Shown: positions 1 to 16,789 of the stretch, piece after piece | Layout of the letters: each line of letters opens with the position of its first letter | How positions within the stretch are numbered: the stretch's first letter is position 1 | Assembly (NCBI GenBank): GCA_965153355.1 | Contig: OZ231126.1 | Location: 31,248,001-31,312,000, forward strand | DNA from: Flaccisagitta enflata | Taxonomy: Eukaryota | DNA: 64,000 nt | Direction of reading: 5' to 3' | The notes under the pieces: model-generated | Told to the model about the DNA's origin: nothing | Database searches by the model: none | The model's input: only the letters and a program-made list of their open reading frames with translations | Position numbers and translations under genes: made by a program

Positions 1-1059
1 GTATGTGCAGTATTCAGTCAATCATGAAAAACTGAGCGTCCGGTTTTTATTTTGGCCACTGTTAAATGATTCCACCTCATTCTGATATGAATCTTTGTGG
101 ATCGCCAGATCCACTTAGTCCTGGGAAAGTTTTTTTTTAATTTTTTTAATTTTTAATTTTTATTTTTTTTATTTTTGTCTGTGCGTCCTTACTTTTTCTC
201 TTTTTTTTTGCATCTTCATATTTTCTTTTTTTTCATCTATTGTACCAAGTAATCTTTTTTATCCAAATGATGTGTCCTCACCTTAGTCTTTTGTTTGTAT
301 TATTTTTTTTCTCTCTCAAGATGCCTCTACTTGTCTCTATGTAAATCTTTTGTTTCATCCATATCATTCAGTTATTTTTTTGATCCCCATAATGTGTCCT
401 CACCTTAGTCTTTTGTTTGTGTTATTTTTTTTCTCTCAAGATGTCTCCACCTATCTCTATTTAAATCTCTTGTTTCATCTTTATCATTCATTATTTTTTT
501 TTCATCCCCAGAATGTGTCCTCACCCTAGTCTTTTGTTTGTTTTATCTTTTTTCTTTCAAGATGTCTCTACTTATCTCTATGTAAATCTTTTGTTTTTTC
601 ATCCATCATCAATCATATTCTGTTATCTTTTTAATCTCAAGAATGTGTCCTCACCTTAGTCTTTTGTTTGTGTTATTTTTTTTCTTTCAAGATGTCTCCA
701 CATATCACTGTAAAGGTTTTTTGTCTTTTGCTTTCTAATCATCTATCATATTCCGTAGTTTTTTTATCCAAAGAATGTGTCCTCACCTTAGTCTTTTGTT
801 TGTTTTTTTTCCTTTCTAGATGTCTCCACTTATCTCTATGTAAATCTTTTGTTTCATCTATATCATTCAGTAATTTTTTTTCATCCCCAGAATGTGTCCT
901 CACCTTGGTCTTTTGATTGTTTTATTTTTTCTCTCTCAAGATGTCTCTACTTATCTTTATGTAAATCTTTTGTTTTTTCATCCTCATCATCAATCATATT
1001 CTGTAATTTTCTTTATCCCAAAAATGTGTCCCAACCTTAGTCTTTTGTTTGCGTTATTT

Positions 1060-2984
1060 TTAGTCGCGTGCACGCGACTCTACAACCCGCTTTGTCCGTC
1101 GGTCGGTCGGTCGGTTGGTCGGTTGGTCGGTTGGTCACACTTTACTTTTTTTATCAATTTTATTTCTTTAAGTCACTTTTAGTCATATTAAGTCATTCTA
1201 AGTCATTCTAAGTCATTCTAAGTCATTCTAAGTCATTCTAAGTCATTCTAAGTCATTCTAAGTCATTCTAAGTCATTATTGTCATTTTAGTCAATATAGT
1301 CCTTTTCATCATTTTAAGTCATTCTAAGTCATTTTAAGTTATTTTAAGTCATTTCAAGTGATTTTAAGTCATTTCAAGTGATTTTAGGGCATTTTAAGTC
1401 ATTCCAAGTCATTTTAAGTCATTATTGTCATTTAAGTCATTATAATCCTTTTAATCATTTTCAGTCATTTTAAGTCATTTTATGTCATTATAAGTCATTA
1501 TACGGCATTATAAGTCATTTTAAGTCATTTTAAGTCATTTTTAGTCATTCTAAGTCATTCTAGGTCATCTAAGTCATTCTCAGTCCTTTTCGTCATTTTA
1601 GTCAATATAGTCATTTCACTTTTTATTTACATGATTATAGGTATAGGTCATTATGCAATTTTTGGTAATCAAAGGTAATTTTAGGTCATTATAGGTCATT
1701 ATGCAATTATAAGTAATCATAAGTCATTTTAGGTAATCATAGGTCATTGTTGGTAATTATAGGTCATATTGTAATTATACATAATTATAGGTCATTATAG
1801 GTTAGTAATGGTTATTATGCAATTATAGGTATTATAGGTTATTGGTAATTAAAGGTCAGTATGTAATCATAGGTAATTTTAGGTAATTATAGGTAATTAC
1901 AGGTCATTATAGGTAATAATAGGTAATTTCAGGTAATTATAGGTCATTATAAAATCATAGGTAATTATAGGTCATAATATGTAATTATAGGTCATAATAG
2001 GTCATTATGCAATTATAGGTCATTATTGGCAATTATAGGTCATTATGTAATTATAGATGAATACAGGTAATTAAAGGTGATTATAGATCATAATAGGTAA
2101 TCATAGGTCATTATGTAATTATAGGTAATTATAGGTCATTATAGATAATTATAGGAAATAATAGGTCAGTATGAAATTATGGGTAATTATAGGTAATCAA
2201 AGGTCATTAAAGGTAATTATAGGTCATTATGTAATTATAGGTAATTATAGGTAATCTTAGGTCATTATAGATAATTATACGTCAATAGACAATTATAGGT
2301 AATTATAGGTCATTATTCAATTATAGGTAATTATAGCTAATCATAGGTAATTATAGGTAATTATAGGTCATTATGCAATTATAGGTAATTATAGGTAATC
2401 ATAGGTCATTATAGGTCATTATGTTTTTAAAGGTAGTTATGGGTAATTATGGGTAATCATAGGTCATTATAGGTAATTATTGGTCCATATGTAATTATAG
2501 GTAATCATAGGTCTTTATAGGTACTTATAGGTCATCATTGAATTATGGGTAATTATAGGTAGTTATAGGTAATTATAGGTAATCATAGCTCATTATAGGT
2601 AATCATTGGTCATTCCGTTATTATAGGTAATTGTGGGTAGTTATCAGTAATCATACGTCATGATAGGTAATTATTGGTCCATATTTAATTATAGGTAATC
2701 ATAGGTCTTTACAGGTACATATAGGTCATCTTTTGATTATGGGTAATTATAGGTAATTATAGGTCATGATAGGCAATAATATGTCAATAGGTATTTATAT
2801 TCATTATTGTCATTACATTACATTAACGTACATTACATAACATTACTTTACATTACATTACATTACTTTACATTACATTACATTACATTACATTACATTA
2901 ACATACATTACATTACATTAACGTACTTATATGATCAGGCGATTATGTAAGTCTCGCACGCGACTTATAGGTGTTGGCCTTGTT
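1060..2984 (+). mobile_element. Helentron-associated non-autonomous element (HINE/DINE-1-like, family A long form) with internal 10-bp/5-bp tandem arrays
   Basis: 5' T-tract, subTIR agtcgcgtgc with adjacent IR acgcgact, (CGGT)n, aagtcattct/taggtaatta/cattа-type arrays, 3' subTIR gcacgcgact, then ...ggccttgtt. Inserted in a T-tract with no TSD. Confidence 0.8.
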
Positions 2985-3103
2985 TTCTCAAGATGTCTCC
3001 ACATACCTCTATATAAATCTTTTGTTTCATCTATTTCATTCATTCATTTTTTTTCATCCCCAGAATGTGTCCTCACCTTTAGTCTTTTAATTGTGTTATC
3101 TTT

Positions 3104-3283
3104 TTAGTCGCGGACAAGCGACTCTATAAGAGGCTTTGTTTGTCCGTCCGTTGGTCGGTTGGTTGGTTGGTTGGTTGGTTGGTTGGTCGGTCCGTGGTGA
3201 TCGAGTTGGAAAGTGTGAAAACGTGCATTTCCGCCCCTGCCCACCCGTCCGCGACTGGTATTGGCCGTGTATCCGGCCTTGTT
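3104..3283 (+). mobile_element. HINE family A' (short)
   Basis: subTIRs agtcgcggac / gtccgcgact, (GGTT)n, 3' hairpin ggccgtgtatccggcc followed by ttgtt. Confidence 0.8.
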
Positions 3284-3358
3284 TCTCTCAAGATGTCTCC
3301 ACTTATCTCTATGTAAATCTTTTGTTTTTCTCATCCTCATCATCTCTGATATTCTGTT

Positions 3359-4295
<937 letters not shown>

Positions 4296-4317
4296 TTTTT
4301 GCATCATTCTGTTACAT

Positions 4318-5165
4318 CAGATCCCTCCTCTCCGCCATATTGATTCTCCTCCTTCCCTTGGATCCCTACTCTCCGCCATTTTGACTATCCTCCCTCCCTC
4401 GGATCTCTCCTCCCCGCCATATTGATTCTCCTCCTTCCCTTGGATCCCTCTTCTCCGCTGTTTTAACTGTCCTCCCTCCCTCGGTTCCCTCCTCTTCGCC
4501 ATATTGATTTTCCTCCTTCCCTTGGATCCCTCTTCTCCGCTGTTTTGACTGTCCTCCCTCCCTCAGATCTCTCCTCTCCGCCATATTGATTCTCCTCCTT
4601 CCCTTGGATCCCTCTTCTCCGCTGTTTTGACTGTCTTCCCTCCCTCGGTTCCCTCCTTTTCGCCATATTGATTTTCCTCCTTCCCTTGGATCCCTCTTCT
4701 CCGCTGTTTTGACTGTCCTCCCTCCCTCGGATCCCTCCTCTCCGCCATATTGATTTTTCTCCTTCCCTTGGATCCCTCTTCTCCGCTGTTTTGACTATCT
4801 TCCCTCCCTCAGATCTCTCCTCTCCGCCATATTGATTCTCCTCCTTCCCTTGGATCCCTCTTCTCCGCTGTTTTGACTGTCCTCCCTCCCTCAGTTCCCT
4901 CCTCTCCGCTATATTGATTTTCCTCCTTCCCTCGGATCCCTCCTCTCCGCTATTTTGACTGTCCTCCCTCCCTCAGTTCCCTCCTCTCCGCTATATTGAT
5001 TCTGCTCCTTCCCTTGGATCCCTTCTCTCCGCTATTTTGACTGTCCTCTCTCCCTCGGATCCCTCCTCTCCGCCATATTGATTCTCCTCCCTCCTTTGGA
5101 TCTCTCCTCTCCGCCATATTGATTCTCCTCCTCCTTTGGATCCCTGCTCTCCGTTATTTTGATTC
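4318..5165. repeat. 82-bp minisatellite made of two diverged 41-bp subunits (~10 units)
   Basis: gatccctcctctccgccatattgattctcctccttcccttg alternates with gatccctcttctccgctgttttgactgtcctccctccctcg. Confidence 0.9.
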
Positions 5166-5471
5166 TCTTCCATCCCTTGGATCCATTTTGGAATTTTTCC
5201 CCTCTTTCCTCACGAGGATCTTTTCACCTTATAGATCCTTCATCCTTACTGACCCCTCCTCCTTGCTTCCTCCACTTTATTGATCCCATCTTCTTCCTTT
5301 CTATTCTATCTGATCCCATTTTTAGGTGTGCCATAGCACCTCTATAAGAGCCTCTGTCTGTCGGTCAGTCGGTCACGCTCAAGTTGAAAATCGCAGAAAA
5401 TGCTTGAAATCACCTGAAAACTCATCCTGTACATCATCCATACTACTCATCATTTCTTTCAGTGTCATATT

Positions 5472-6292
5472 CAGGCCTGAAAATAGAGCGTGCCCGCGTG
5501 CCCGGTGCACGCAGTTTGGCTGTCGGGCACGCAGCTTTTACTAGCTGCGTGCCCGGCGTGCACGCTCTTGTGACTTGTCTCTCTCATTTATTTGATCTGT
5601 CGCACTTTCATGAAAAAAAAGAAAAAAAAAGAATGGGCATTCTTTGCATTCTTTTTCTACTCCCGTTTTCATTGCTTTGATCAATCTTTCATTTTTCATT
5701 CATTCATTTATTCATTCATTCATTCATTCATTCATTCATTCATTCATTCATTCATTCATTCATTCATTCATTTATTCATTCACTCATTCATGAATTTACT
5801 CATTCATGAATTGCGAAGCGCATGTATTTGCCTTATTCTTTGCCTTTTCCTCTGCATTTAAAAGTTTGTAATTTCACCCTCATTTGATGAATTGATGTTA
5901 TTTTTTTTCAACTGAAAAAACAATGGGCCATTTATTGCCATTATCTGTTATGTGTGCGTCACTGATTACAAATGTATGAATGAACGTTTTTGATGAGTGA
6001 ATGTTTCTAATGAATGGATGAGTGCATGAATGAATAAACGAATAAATGGTGTTCTATGAGAACCTAGTTTTTATGAAACCCAGGCTTTAAAACGCTCCAA
6101 AATTAAGAATGTTGTAGTTATTTTACTAGTAGCTATCTCTGTCTCTTTTGAAAGCTTAAAAAAAATTACTGAGTTAGAAGTATGGTGAAATTGATACTTC
6201 TACCGGGCACGCTCTCTTCCTGTCGGGCTCGCTATAATTTTGGGAGGCGTGCCCGGCGTGCACGCTCAAAAAAAATCCTAATTTCAGGCCTG
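5472..6292. mobile_element. hAT-type non-autonomous DNA transposon
   Basis: TIR caggcctgaaa / tttcaggcctg, perfect 8-bp TSD gtcatatt (5464-5471, 6293-6300), subterminal gcgtgcccgg motifs. Confidence 0.9.
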
Positions 6293-7312
6293 GTCATATT
6301 CATCTACGGTTAGGTCAATAGAGCTTGGGATAGCTCTGATAGAGCTCGAAAAAGGTCTGATAGAGCTTGGAATAGGTCTGATAGAGCTCGGAATAGGTCT
6401 GATAGAGCTCGGGATAGGTCTAAAAATTCATGTTCCTAGTCATTTCATTCATCATCACATTCATCTATGGTAAGGTCAATAGAGCTTGTTTAAAATAGGT
6501 CTGATAGAGATAGGGATAGGTCTAAGATAGAGTTTACCTATACGCTTTTCATACGCCACCTCTACCGGAAGTGGCAGATGAGACGCAAAAACGTATTTGG
6601 CACTAAAATGAGTTTCTTGTTGGCGTTTTTCAGGTTTTTCACTTGGCAATGAAGGAGTAGTAAGATTCAGGGAATTCATAGTGAATTTTCTGTGATCATT
6701 TTGAAAATTTAGTTAAAAATTTCCAGAATTTTTTTGCTAGCATCAAAAGATTATTTTCATTTCTTATTTCTATTAATTTTTGTTATTTTCATCAGTTCTC
6801 ATATTTTATGATTCACTTTTCATTTTTCATTTTTCATTTTTTACTTTTCACTTTTCACTTTTCACTTTTCACTTTTCACTTTTCACTTTTCACTTTTCAC
6901 TTTTCCTTTTCCACTTTTCACTTTTTACTTAACACTTTACACTTTTCACTTTTTTTTCACTTCTCATTTTTGACTTTTCATTTTTTATTTGTTTTTTTTT
7001 TCTTTTATGTTTCATTCATTACTTTTTATTATTTTTTTTTCTTTTCAATGTACCATACTTTTAATAATTCTGTTGTCACTTTTTTTATCTTTTTCATTTA
7101 TATTTTTACTCATATTTTGTTAATCAAATTTATTGTAATTATCTCATTTATTATATTTCATAGTTATATATATTTCACAAGTTGATTTGTTTTGATAAAA
7201 CAGAAAATAAAGTAAAATAGATGATCGATGATTCTCCCTCATGCTAATATCAAGATTGTATCATCCCAAAAGAAATGCTAAAATGAGTCCAGAATCAAGT
7301 TCTTCTTGTCTA

Positions 7313-7914
7313 CAGTGGGGTTCATGGAATAGCAGCCTAAATTGGAGGAAGGTATTTAAGTGTCTTAATTTCATTTGACAAACTTGATATTTGAAATATA
7401 AGTTGTTCACTTGACGCTTTTGTCCCTGAGTTTTTCAGTTGCTATGGAAACCAAAATTATTTTTTCAATCATTTATAACCGCTAAAATATCAATATTTTG
7501 AGAAATATTATCAGGGAACATTGCTCAAAATTAAATTTGCTACAACTTTCCCACAGTATGTTCTGTGAGAATATTGCTCGTTTGGCCGTTGCTAGGGGGC
7601 ATCACACCTAGCAACCGCTAAATGATGCTCCCTAGCAACGGCTAAACGAGCAATATTCTTACAGAACATACTGTGGGAAAGTTGTAGCAAATTGAATTCT
7701 GAGCAATGTTCCCTGATAATATTTGTCAAAATATCGATATTCTAGTTGTTATGAATGTTCAAAAAAATAATTTTGGTTTCCATAGCAACCAAAAAACTCA
7801 GGGACAAAAGTATCAAGTGAACAACTTATATTTCAAATATCAAGTTTGTCAAATGAAATTAAAACACCTAAATACCTTCCTCCAGTTTAGGCTGTTATTC
7901 CACGCACCCCACTG
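7313..7914. mobile_element. Fold-back Tc1/mariner-type MITE
   Basis: ~600-bp imperfect palindrome, ends cagtgggg...ccccactg, flanked by TA. Confidence 0.9.
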
Positions 7915-7928
7915 TATGTCTGTTTGTG

Positions 7929-8004
<76 letters not shown>

Positions 8005-8098
8005 TGCACCTGCAATAATGCCATTTCCGATTTTTGTGGACCATGTGTTTTGGTTAGATCGATCCTCTGATTATATGAAGTGACGACCAAATCGATCT

Positions 8099-8188
<90 letters not shown>

Positions 8189-8328
8189 AACAAGGAAAGA
8201 ATATCACAGGACCCATAGATGAGACTGAGTGGAAAGAAAAAATCAAATGGCCAATCATTTTTTCATGGATTGTCCTTTATTCTGTTCCAGTCGATCTTGG
8301 TATTGGTCTGTCTGTCTGTCTGTCTGTC

Positions 8329-8395
<67 letters not shown>

Positions 8396-8399
8396 TTAT

Positions 8400-8628
8400 T
8401 TAGTCGCGTGCTACGCGACTCTACACCCCGCTTTGTCGGTCCGTCCTTCGGTCGGTCCGTCGGTCGGTCCGTCGGTCCGTCGGTCCGTCCGTCGGTCCGT
8501 CACACTTTACTTTTTTTGGGTTTTCGCGGTCTTTGGCCTCACTGCTCCTGCCCAAATGATCAAGTGGCCTCAAATACAGCCCCTGCCCACCCGCACGCGA
8601 CTGGGGTAGCCGTGTATCCGGCCTTGTT
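8400..8628 (+). mobile_element. HINE family A (short, ~230 bp)
   Basis: agtcgcgtgctacgcgact, (CGGTC)n, gcacgcgact, gccgtgtatccggccttgtt. Close copies at 31094-31336, 41076-41272 (-), 54612-54865, 55103-55315 (-); degenerate copy at 46080-46285. Confidence 0.85.
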
Positions 8629-10782
8629 TTTCTCTCTCTCCCTGTAACAAAACGGAGATAGCATGACGATGGCCATGCTCTTAATAATCCTAATCCATAA
8701 CTAGAAAATGGTAACAAAACTTCTATTTTCTTTTATTATATGGACGAAAAGCAAATGAGAACATTTGAATGAAAAAACACCACCATGCTTTGCTTAAGTA
8801 TTCTCCTAAAGAGTCAACGATGCATCACAGGCACTGGGAAACTCATTTCATCTTTAAAAAAAAGTAGTAATTGTGATACTAGTAAAAAAAAACGTTAAAA
8901 AGCGTTTTTTAGGCTAAAAACTCCACTTATACGCAACCTACTATGCATATAATCTCATTGAGATTAAATCTCAATTTTACGTCCGTTATATGCCACTAGA
9001 TGATTTTGTTTGAGACTCCAAACTCTAGTCTAAGAATTAATTACGCCGGCGCACCATCTTGGCCCGTGTATCCGGCCTTGTTATTATTCTTGTTGATCCT
9101 TCCTCCCATCTGTTTTATCTCATCCTTCCTCCTTTCTTTTACCTTCAGATCCTTTTTCCATTTTATGAATTCTTTCACCTTCCTCTATTCTTTTTCATGC
9201 AATCCCTCCATTCTCCTTCCTTCCTCTTCCCTACCTTCTGATATTTCCCTCCTCCTTTCTCTCTTATCCGATCCCTTTGTTTCCTTCCTTCCTCCTCCCT
9301 CCCTTTCTTTTTTTTTTATCCCTCCTCCATACTGTCTTATCTGTGATCCCTCCATTTTCCTTCCTTCCTCCTCCCTCCCTTTCTGTTTTATTTGGTCCCT
9401 CCTCCTTTCTTCTCCCCATGGATCTTTGCTTAAAGCGTATTTTGCGCCGTAATTTTGGGTCGTAAAAAAACTCGTTGGAGTTGTTGCCTTGCCAAAATGA
9501 GGTTCAATGTCTCTGAATGTGGTCTAAAGTGGGCCTGAAGCCTCCGAGGGGAATAACCAACAATTCCGCTCTTTTTGTACCTGATGATCCTCATCATTTT
9601 ATCTCGACTTGTTCATGTGCTTGTTCTTGTGCTTGTTCTTTACTTCCTTACTTATTTTTTTCTTTATTTGATTATCTTTACTCCTCTTTCATGATCAGCA
9701 TCTGTTTATTCTGTTTATTTAGTTCTGCATTTTTTCTTCTTCTTCTTTCTCTTCTTCTTCTTCCTCTCCTTCCTCTTTCTCTTCTTCTTCTCTCTCTTCT
9801 TCTTTTTTCTTTTCTACTTCACTGTCTTCTTCTTCTTTAATTTCTTCTTCTTCTTTTTCTTCTTTTTCTTCTTTTTCTTTTTCTTTTTCTTCTTCTTCTT
9901 CTTCTTCTTCTTCTTCTTCTTCTTCTTCTTCTTCTTCTTCTTCTTCTTCTTCTTCTTCTTCTTCTTCTTCTTTTTCTTCTTCTTCTTCTTCTTCGTCATC
10001 TTCTTCTTCTCCCTCTTCTTCTCCAATCTTAATGATTGAACAATGTAACAGACAAATAGATAGGTACATCGACTTAAATGGACAAGCCAGTTGAGTGAAG
10101 TGAAATATCAAAGAAATAAGATAATAGGAAAAAGAAACACCGGAAGAAAGCGGGAAAGAAAAGGGGAAAAAGTAAATAATGAAACATTTAAAACTGAGGA
10201 AAGAAATGGAAATTAAAAGAAATTAACGAATTAAATCTTCTGCTGTTAGGCAAATTCAGCAAAATGGAAAATAAGAGACGATGAAAAAGGGAAAATGAGA
10301 GGAGAAAAGGAAAAGTAGATTGTGGCTTCATTAAAAGGGAAAATCTTTATCTAAGAGAAGAACAGTCAGATGCATGAAGTGATGAAAGAGCATATGAGGG
10401 AGCCGATGAATTGGTAGTTAATGAGTTTATGAGTACTGAGTAACCACATAATTGAACAGCTGAATATGTGAACTCGATAAGTTATTGAAAAACTTTTAAG
10501 AGAGTTTGGACAAGGGATCAGAATAGGATTTAAGGAAGAGAACTAAAAGAAACATAATGAGCTAGAGAAAAACAATTTATGGAGAATGAGGAAAAACATG
10601 AGGAAGAGAAAGAAGCGGTGGAGAGCAAAAGAGGAAATAAATGCGGAATGGTTTGTTTACTTGAAGACTGGGATTAAGAGGGAAATGGGGGAGGGAAAAG
10701 AGGAACAGGAGGAAGAGGAAGAAGAAGAGGAACAGGAAGACGAGCAAGAGGAGATCTGGGCGAAGGTGGCTAGAGAAGCAGG

Positions 10783-11663
10783 TAGTCCGCCAGCGAATTT
10801 GGGTGCGTTCAGCAACGGGGAATGAACGTCTGTTCAGCAACAATGCCATACAGATGTTGATGAACACAATAAAAGAGACCTTTGCCCAACGATGTTGTTC
10901 AGAGAAGGCTATAAAAAGCGCGTTCATGAACGGCTAAAAAATCCACTCCACCAATAATTTTGTTTTCATGCCCAATGTGTATTATCTTCAGTCTTCACTG
11001 TAATATTTATCTACTCAATGAACAAAACTGTTCATCAAAAGGTAAAATTTGGTATTTCATGAACAGCCAGATAAGCATCATTTATGGTTTAAAAATTATG
11101 AAGCTAGTGTCAAGTCTAATCCATTTATGGCAAAAAAATCTTTTTCATATGTGCCCATAAAAGGTTCACTCAATCACTGGATTTTTCATCCACTCAATGA
11201 AATTTTGCTATTCATGAGCAGCCAAAAAACATTATTGATGAACATAGTCCTGAGATCACTTCATTTCTAACAAAATATCTTTTAATCTAGCCATTTATGA
11301 AGAGTCAAAAAAGTTTCCTTGATAAACTCTTTGTTAAATTAAACTAGATGCTCAAAACTGTTATCAAAAAACTTTTTTTTTGCTGTTCTTTAACAGCCGG
11401 ATGAGCATGTGTCATGAATAGGTAAAAAACCCACTCCACTAACAAAACCATTGGTGGAGTGATTTTTTTTTTACCTGTTCAGCAATGGCTTTTTTTACCC
11501 CTCAATGAACGGTCGTTCATGAACAGGTCTTTTTGGGCCCTCCATGAACAAAATTGTTTGCCAAGAGCTTCTTTTTAGTCGTTCATGAACAGCTCTATGG
11601 CATTGTTCAGCAACATGCGTTCATTCCCCGTTGATGAACACCCCCAAATTCGCTGGCGGACTA
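10783..11663. mobile_element. MITE with ~80-bp TIRs (superfamily uncertain)
   Basis: tagtccgccagcgaatttggg...cccaaattcgctggcggacta. The terminal TA may be TSD or part of the TIR. Confidence 0.85.
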
Positions 11664-11851
11664 TCTCTAGAGAAGTGATATTAGTGTTTGTGGTTGTACA
11701 TCGGTCATTTGGACTCCTGAAAACTGTTCAGTGTTTTCCATTAAATAAACAAAAGCGAGCGAGAGAGAGAAACAGGACGAGAACTAACAACGCTGAGGAC
11801 GTGGTTGCTCATGACGTTATGACGCGTGCAACCAGTCGCCCAAGGGCAGTA

Positions 11852-13165
11852 CACTTTTTTTTATAAGAGACCAGTTTATAAGAGACATGGGCCTGAGATT
11901 TGCCGAAGTTTTAAGAACAAAATAAAAGAATGCCCAGGCTGAGATTCAGCTTCGGCCATTTTCAAAAACAATTTTATTCAAGTTTCTTATCTGAAAAATG
12001 AATTTAATTCAAAATTTTCAGAATATGATAGGTTGTTTATCTTTAAAAATAACTTCTTTTTTTAACTTGCCTATGAAATAAGGCATTATATTAAAAGAAA
12101 TATAACAGTTATCAAGTTTAAGATACAACTGCTCTAAATAAGGTATTTTTATGAAGTTTAAACATTTATGAACATCGAACAAATTAAGAACACTTTGAGA
12201 GAATTTCAGGCTTTAAACAGATGAAAATTTAAGAACACCCAGGCTGAGTTCAAAAAAGCTGTCTCTTATATAAATAGTCGCAAAAGCGTTACATGGTCAG
12301 CGGTACCCGATGCCCCTATGTTAGTTCATTTTGCTACGAGATGATGAGTGGGGCAGCGGCCCCGGAGGAGCCGATGACCTATGATTCCACGCTGGACAAT
12401 TGCAGGGTCTCTAATACCTGAATTTGGGTCTAAATAACCTAATTTGAGGTCTTAATTGCCTGATTTAAGGTCTAAGATAACTGATTTGAGGTCTGAGAGG
12501 TTTGAGAACCTTGTTTTGGGGCTTAAAGGCCTGATCTTGGTTCTATTTCAGGGTCGGAGGCCTGTTTATGGGCTGGGAAGGGCTGATGTGGGTCTGATAG
12601 GCCTAGTTTGAGGTCTAGAAGATCTAACTTTGCGTTTGAAAGGCCAGATTTGGATCTGAGAGAACTGAATTAGGTACTGAAATGCATGAAGTAGGGTCTG
12701 AGAGGCCTGATTTGAGGTCTGGATGGCCTGATCAGAGGCCCAAAAGGCCTGATAAGGGGTCTGTCAAGGCCTGATTTAGATCTGAAAGGCCTGATTGGGG
12801 TTCTTAGAGGTCTGGTTAAGATTCAGGAGGCCTAATTTGAGGTCTGGGAAGCCTGATTTGGGGTCTAGCAGGCCTGATTGAGGCTCTGAGAGGCCTAAAT
12901 TGAGGTCTGGAAGGCTTGAGTTTGGATCTGATAGGCCTGATTGAGGTCCTGAGAGGCCTAAATTGGGGTCTGGAAGGCCTGATTGAGGATCTGATAGGCC
13001 TGATTGGGGGTCTGAAAGGCCTATTTTGAGGCCCAGGAGGCTATTTTCTAGGCTCGGGGGGGGGGGGACAGACGGACGGACGGACGGACGGACGGAAACC
13101 GGAAAATATGCCCTATGTGGAATCATGGGTCATCGGCCCCTCCGGGGCCGCTGCCCAAAAAAGTG
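11852..13165. mobile_element. Tc1/mariner-type MITE (TIR cactttttttt-tataagagac) with a HINE-B in its right TIR
   Basis: ta|cacttttttttataagagac ... gtctcttatataaa[insert]aaaaaagtg|ta. Confidence 0.75.
12276..13160 (-). mobile_element. HINE family B (inner copy) with a ~21-bp internal tandem array
   Basis: gggcagcggcccc subTIRs at both ends, (GGAC)n, aggcctgatttgaggtctgag repeats, tail cgcttttgcgact. Confidence 0.75.
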
Positions 13166-13355
13166 TATGCGGTAAGCGTTATCCGTTGCCCTGCTTTATC
13201 AATATAGGTGATGGTTACCAAGGCAGCGGCCCTGAAGGGGACGATGTCTGAACGAACAAACAAACAAACAAACAAACAAACAAACAAACAAACTAACAAA
13301 CAAACCAAAGTCACCCTGTGTTCTACAGGACATTGTCCCATTCGGGGCCGCTACC

Positions 13356-15540
<2,185 letters not shown>

Positions 15541-15672
15541 GAGTTATGTGCAGACACTTATGCAAAAACATCATCATCATCATCTTCATCGTCATCATCA
15601 TCACCATCATCATCATTATCATCATCATCAACATCATCATCATCATCATCGTCATCATCATCATCATCATTA

Positions 15673-16437
15673 CGCCGATTGCAACCCGGGGCTTTGCTGA
15701 ATCGCTCCTATAGCTGTGCATTGGCTTGTTTGAAATAAAATCGTGAGTGTCACATTATGAAGGGGGCGCACAGGAGCTTTCTACCTTGATGGAAACCTTT
15801 TTTAGTCTCCATTTTAGATTAACAAAGAAACTAAAAGGATTTTCTTAATGGGACTCTTAAGGGGATTTTTAGTCGCGTGCACGCGACTCTACACCTTGCC
15901 GTGTCGGTTGGTAGGTCGGTAAGTCGGTCCGTCCCTCGGTCCGTCCATCCGTCACATTTTTAAAACCATGACTTTTTAAGGTAATTCAAGGTACTCTAGG
16001 GTATTTCCGGGTACTTTAGGGTACTTCAGGGTACTTTAGGGTAATTAAGTTGTTTTGGGTACTTGGGGTACTATAGGGTACTTATGGATATTTTTGAGTA
16101 TTATTGGATATTTCTGGGTATTTTTGGGTATTTTTGGGTATTTTTGTTTTTTTTTGGGTATTGTATTGTATCGATATTGTATCGACATTGTATCAATACA
16201 TATCGCGCGTCCTTGGGGGGAGGAAATCTTTTGTTTGTTATTTCCAGAAGCACGCGACTGTTGCCCTCTTGGGCTTGTTTCCCATTGATTTCAATGTAAA
16301 CTTTAAATAGGCCCTAAAAAAGGTTCCTATCAAGCTAGAAAGCTGCACATTGGGTCATTGGAAATGAAATTGTAAGTGTCATATTATGAAGGGGGCGCAT
16401 AAGAGCGATTCAGCAAAGTCCCGGTATGCAATCGGCA
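15673..16437. mobile_element. MITE inserted in (CAT)n, containing a HINE at 15867-16280
   Basis: TIR gccgattgca..cgggRctttgctgaatcgctc at both ends. Inner arms agctttcta.cttgat..aacctttttag. Confidence 0.75.
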
Positions 16438-16455
16438 TAATCATCATCTTCATCT

Positions 16456-16508
<53 letters not shown>

Positions 16509-16586
16509 GTCGTCGTCGTTGTCATTGTCATCATCGTCATCATCTTCGTCATTGTCATCATCTTCGTCATCGTCGTCATTGTCATT

Positions 16587-16633
<47 letters not shown>

Positions 16634-16642
16634 TGTCATCGC

Positions 16643-16789
<147 letters not shown>

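Larger units (their letters stand above)
268..3350 (+). repeat. ~120-130 bp minisatellite (core gaatgtgtcctcaccttagtcttttgtttg...ctcaagatgtctc), ~9 units, interrupted by two HINE insertions
   Basis: Unit cores near 268, 391, 511, 641, 773, 890, 1022 and 3063. The array resumes in register after 2984 and after 3283. Confidence 0.9.

Noticed and set aside
268-1059. Repeat-spacer look suggesting a CRISPR array
   Set aside because: The 'spacers' are homologous to each other, so this is a minisatellite. The context is eukaryotic with no cas genes.
6538-6690. Possible minus-strand exon (…SHLPLPVEVAYEKRI|gtaaac)
   Set aside because: No recognisable homology, a weak acceptor, and it may lie inside a larger HINE spanning ~5320-9082.
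11668-11717. Next exon of the LRR-like gene (GVQMTDVQPQTLISLL*)
   Set aside because: The acceptor is phase-compatible, but the frame stops after ~16 codons next to a MITE; unsupported.
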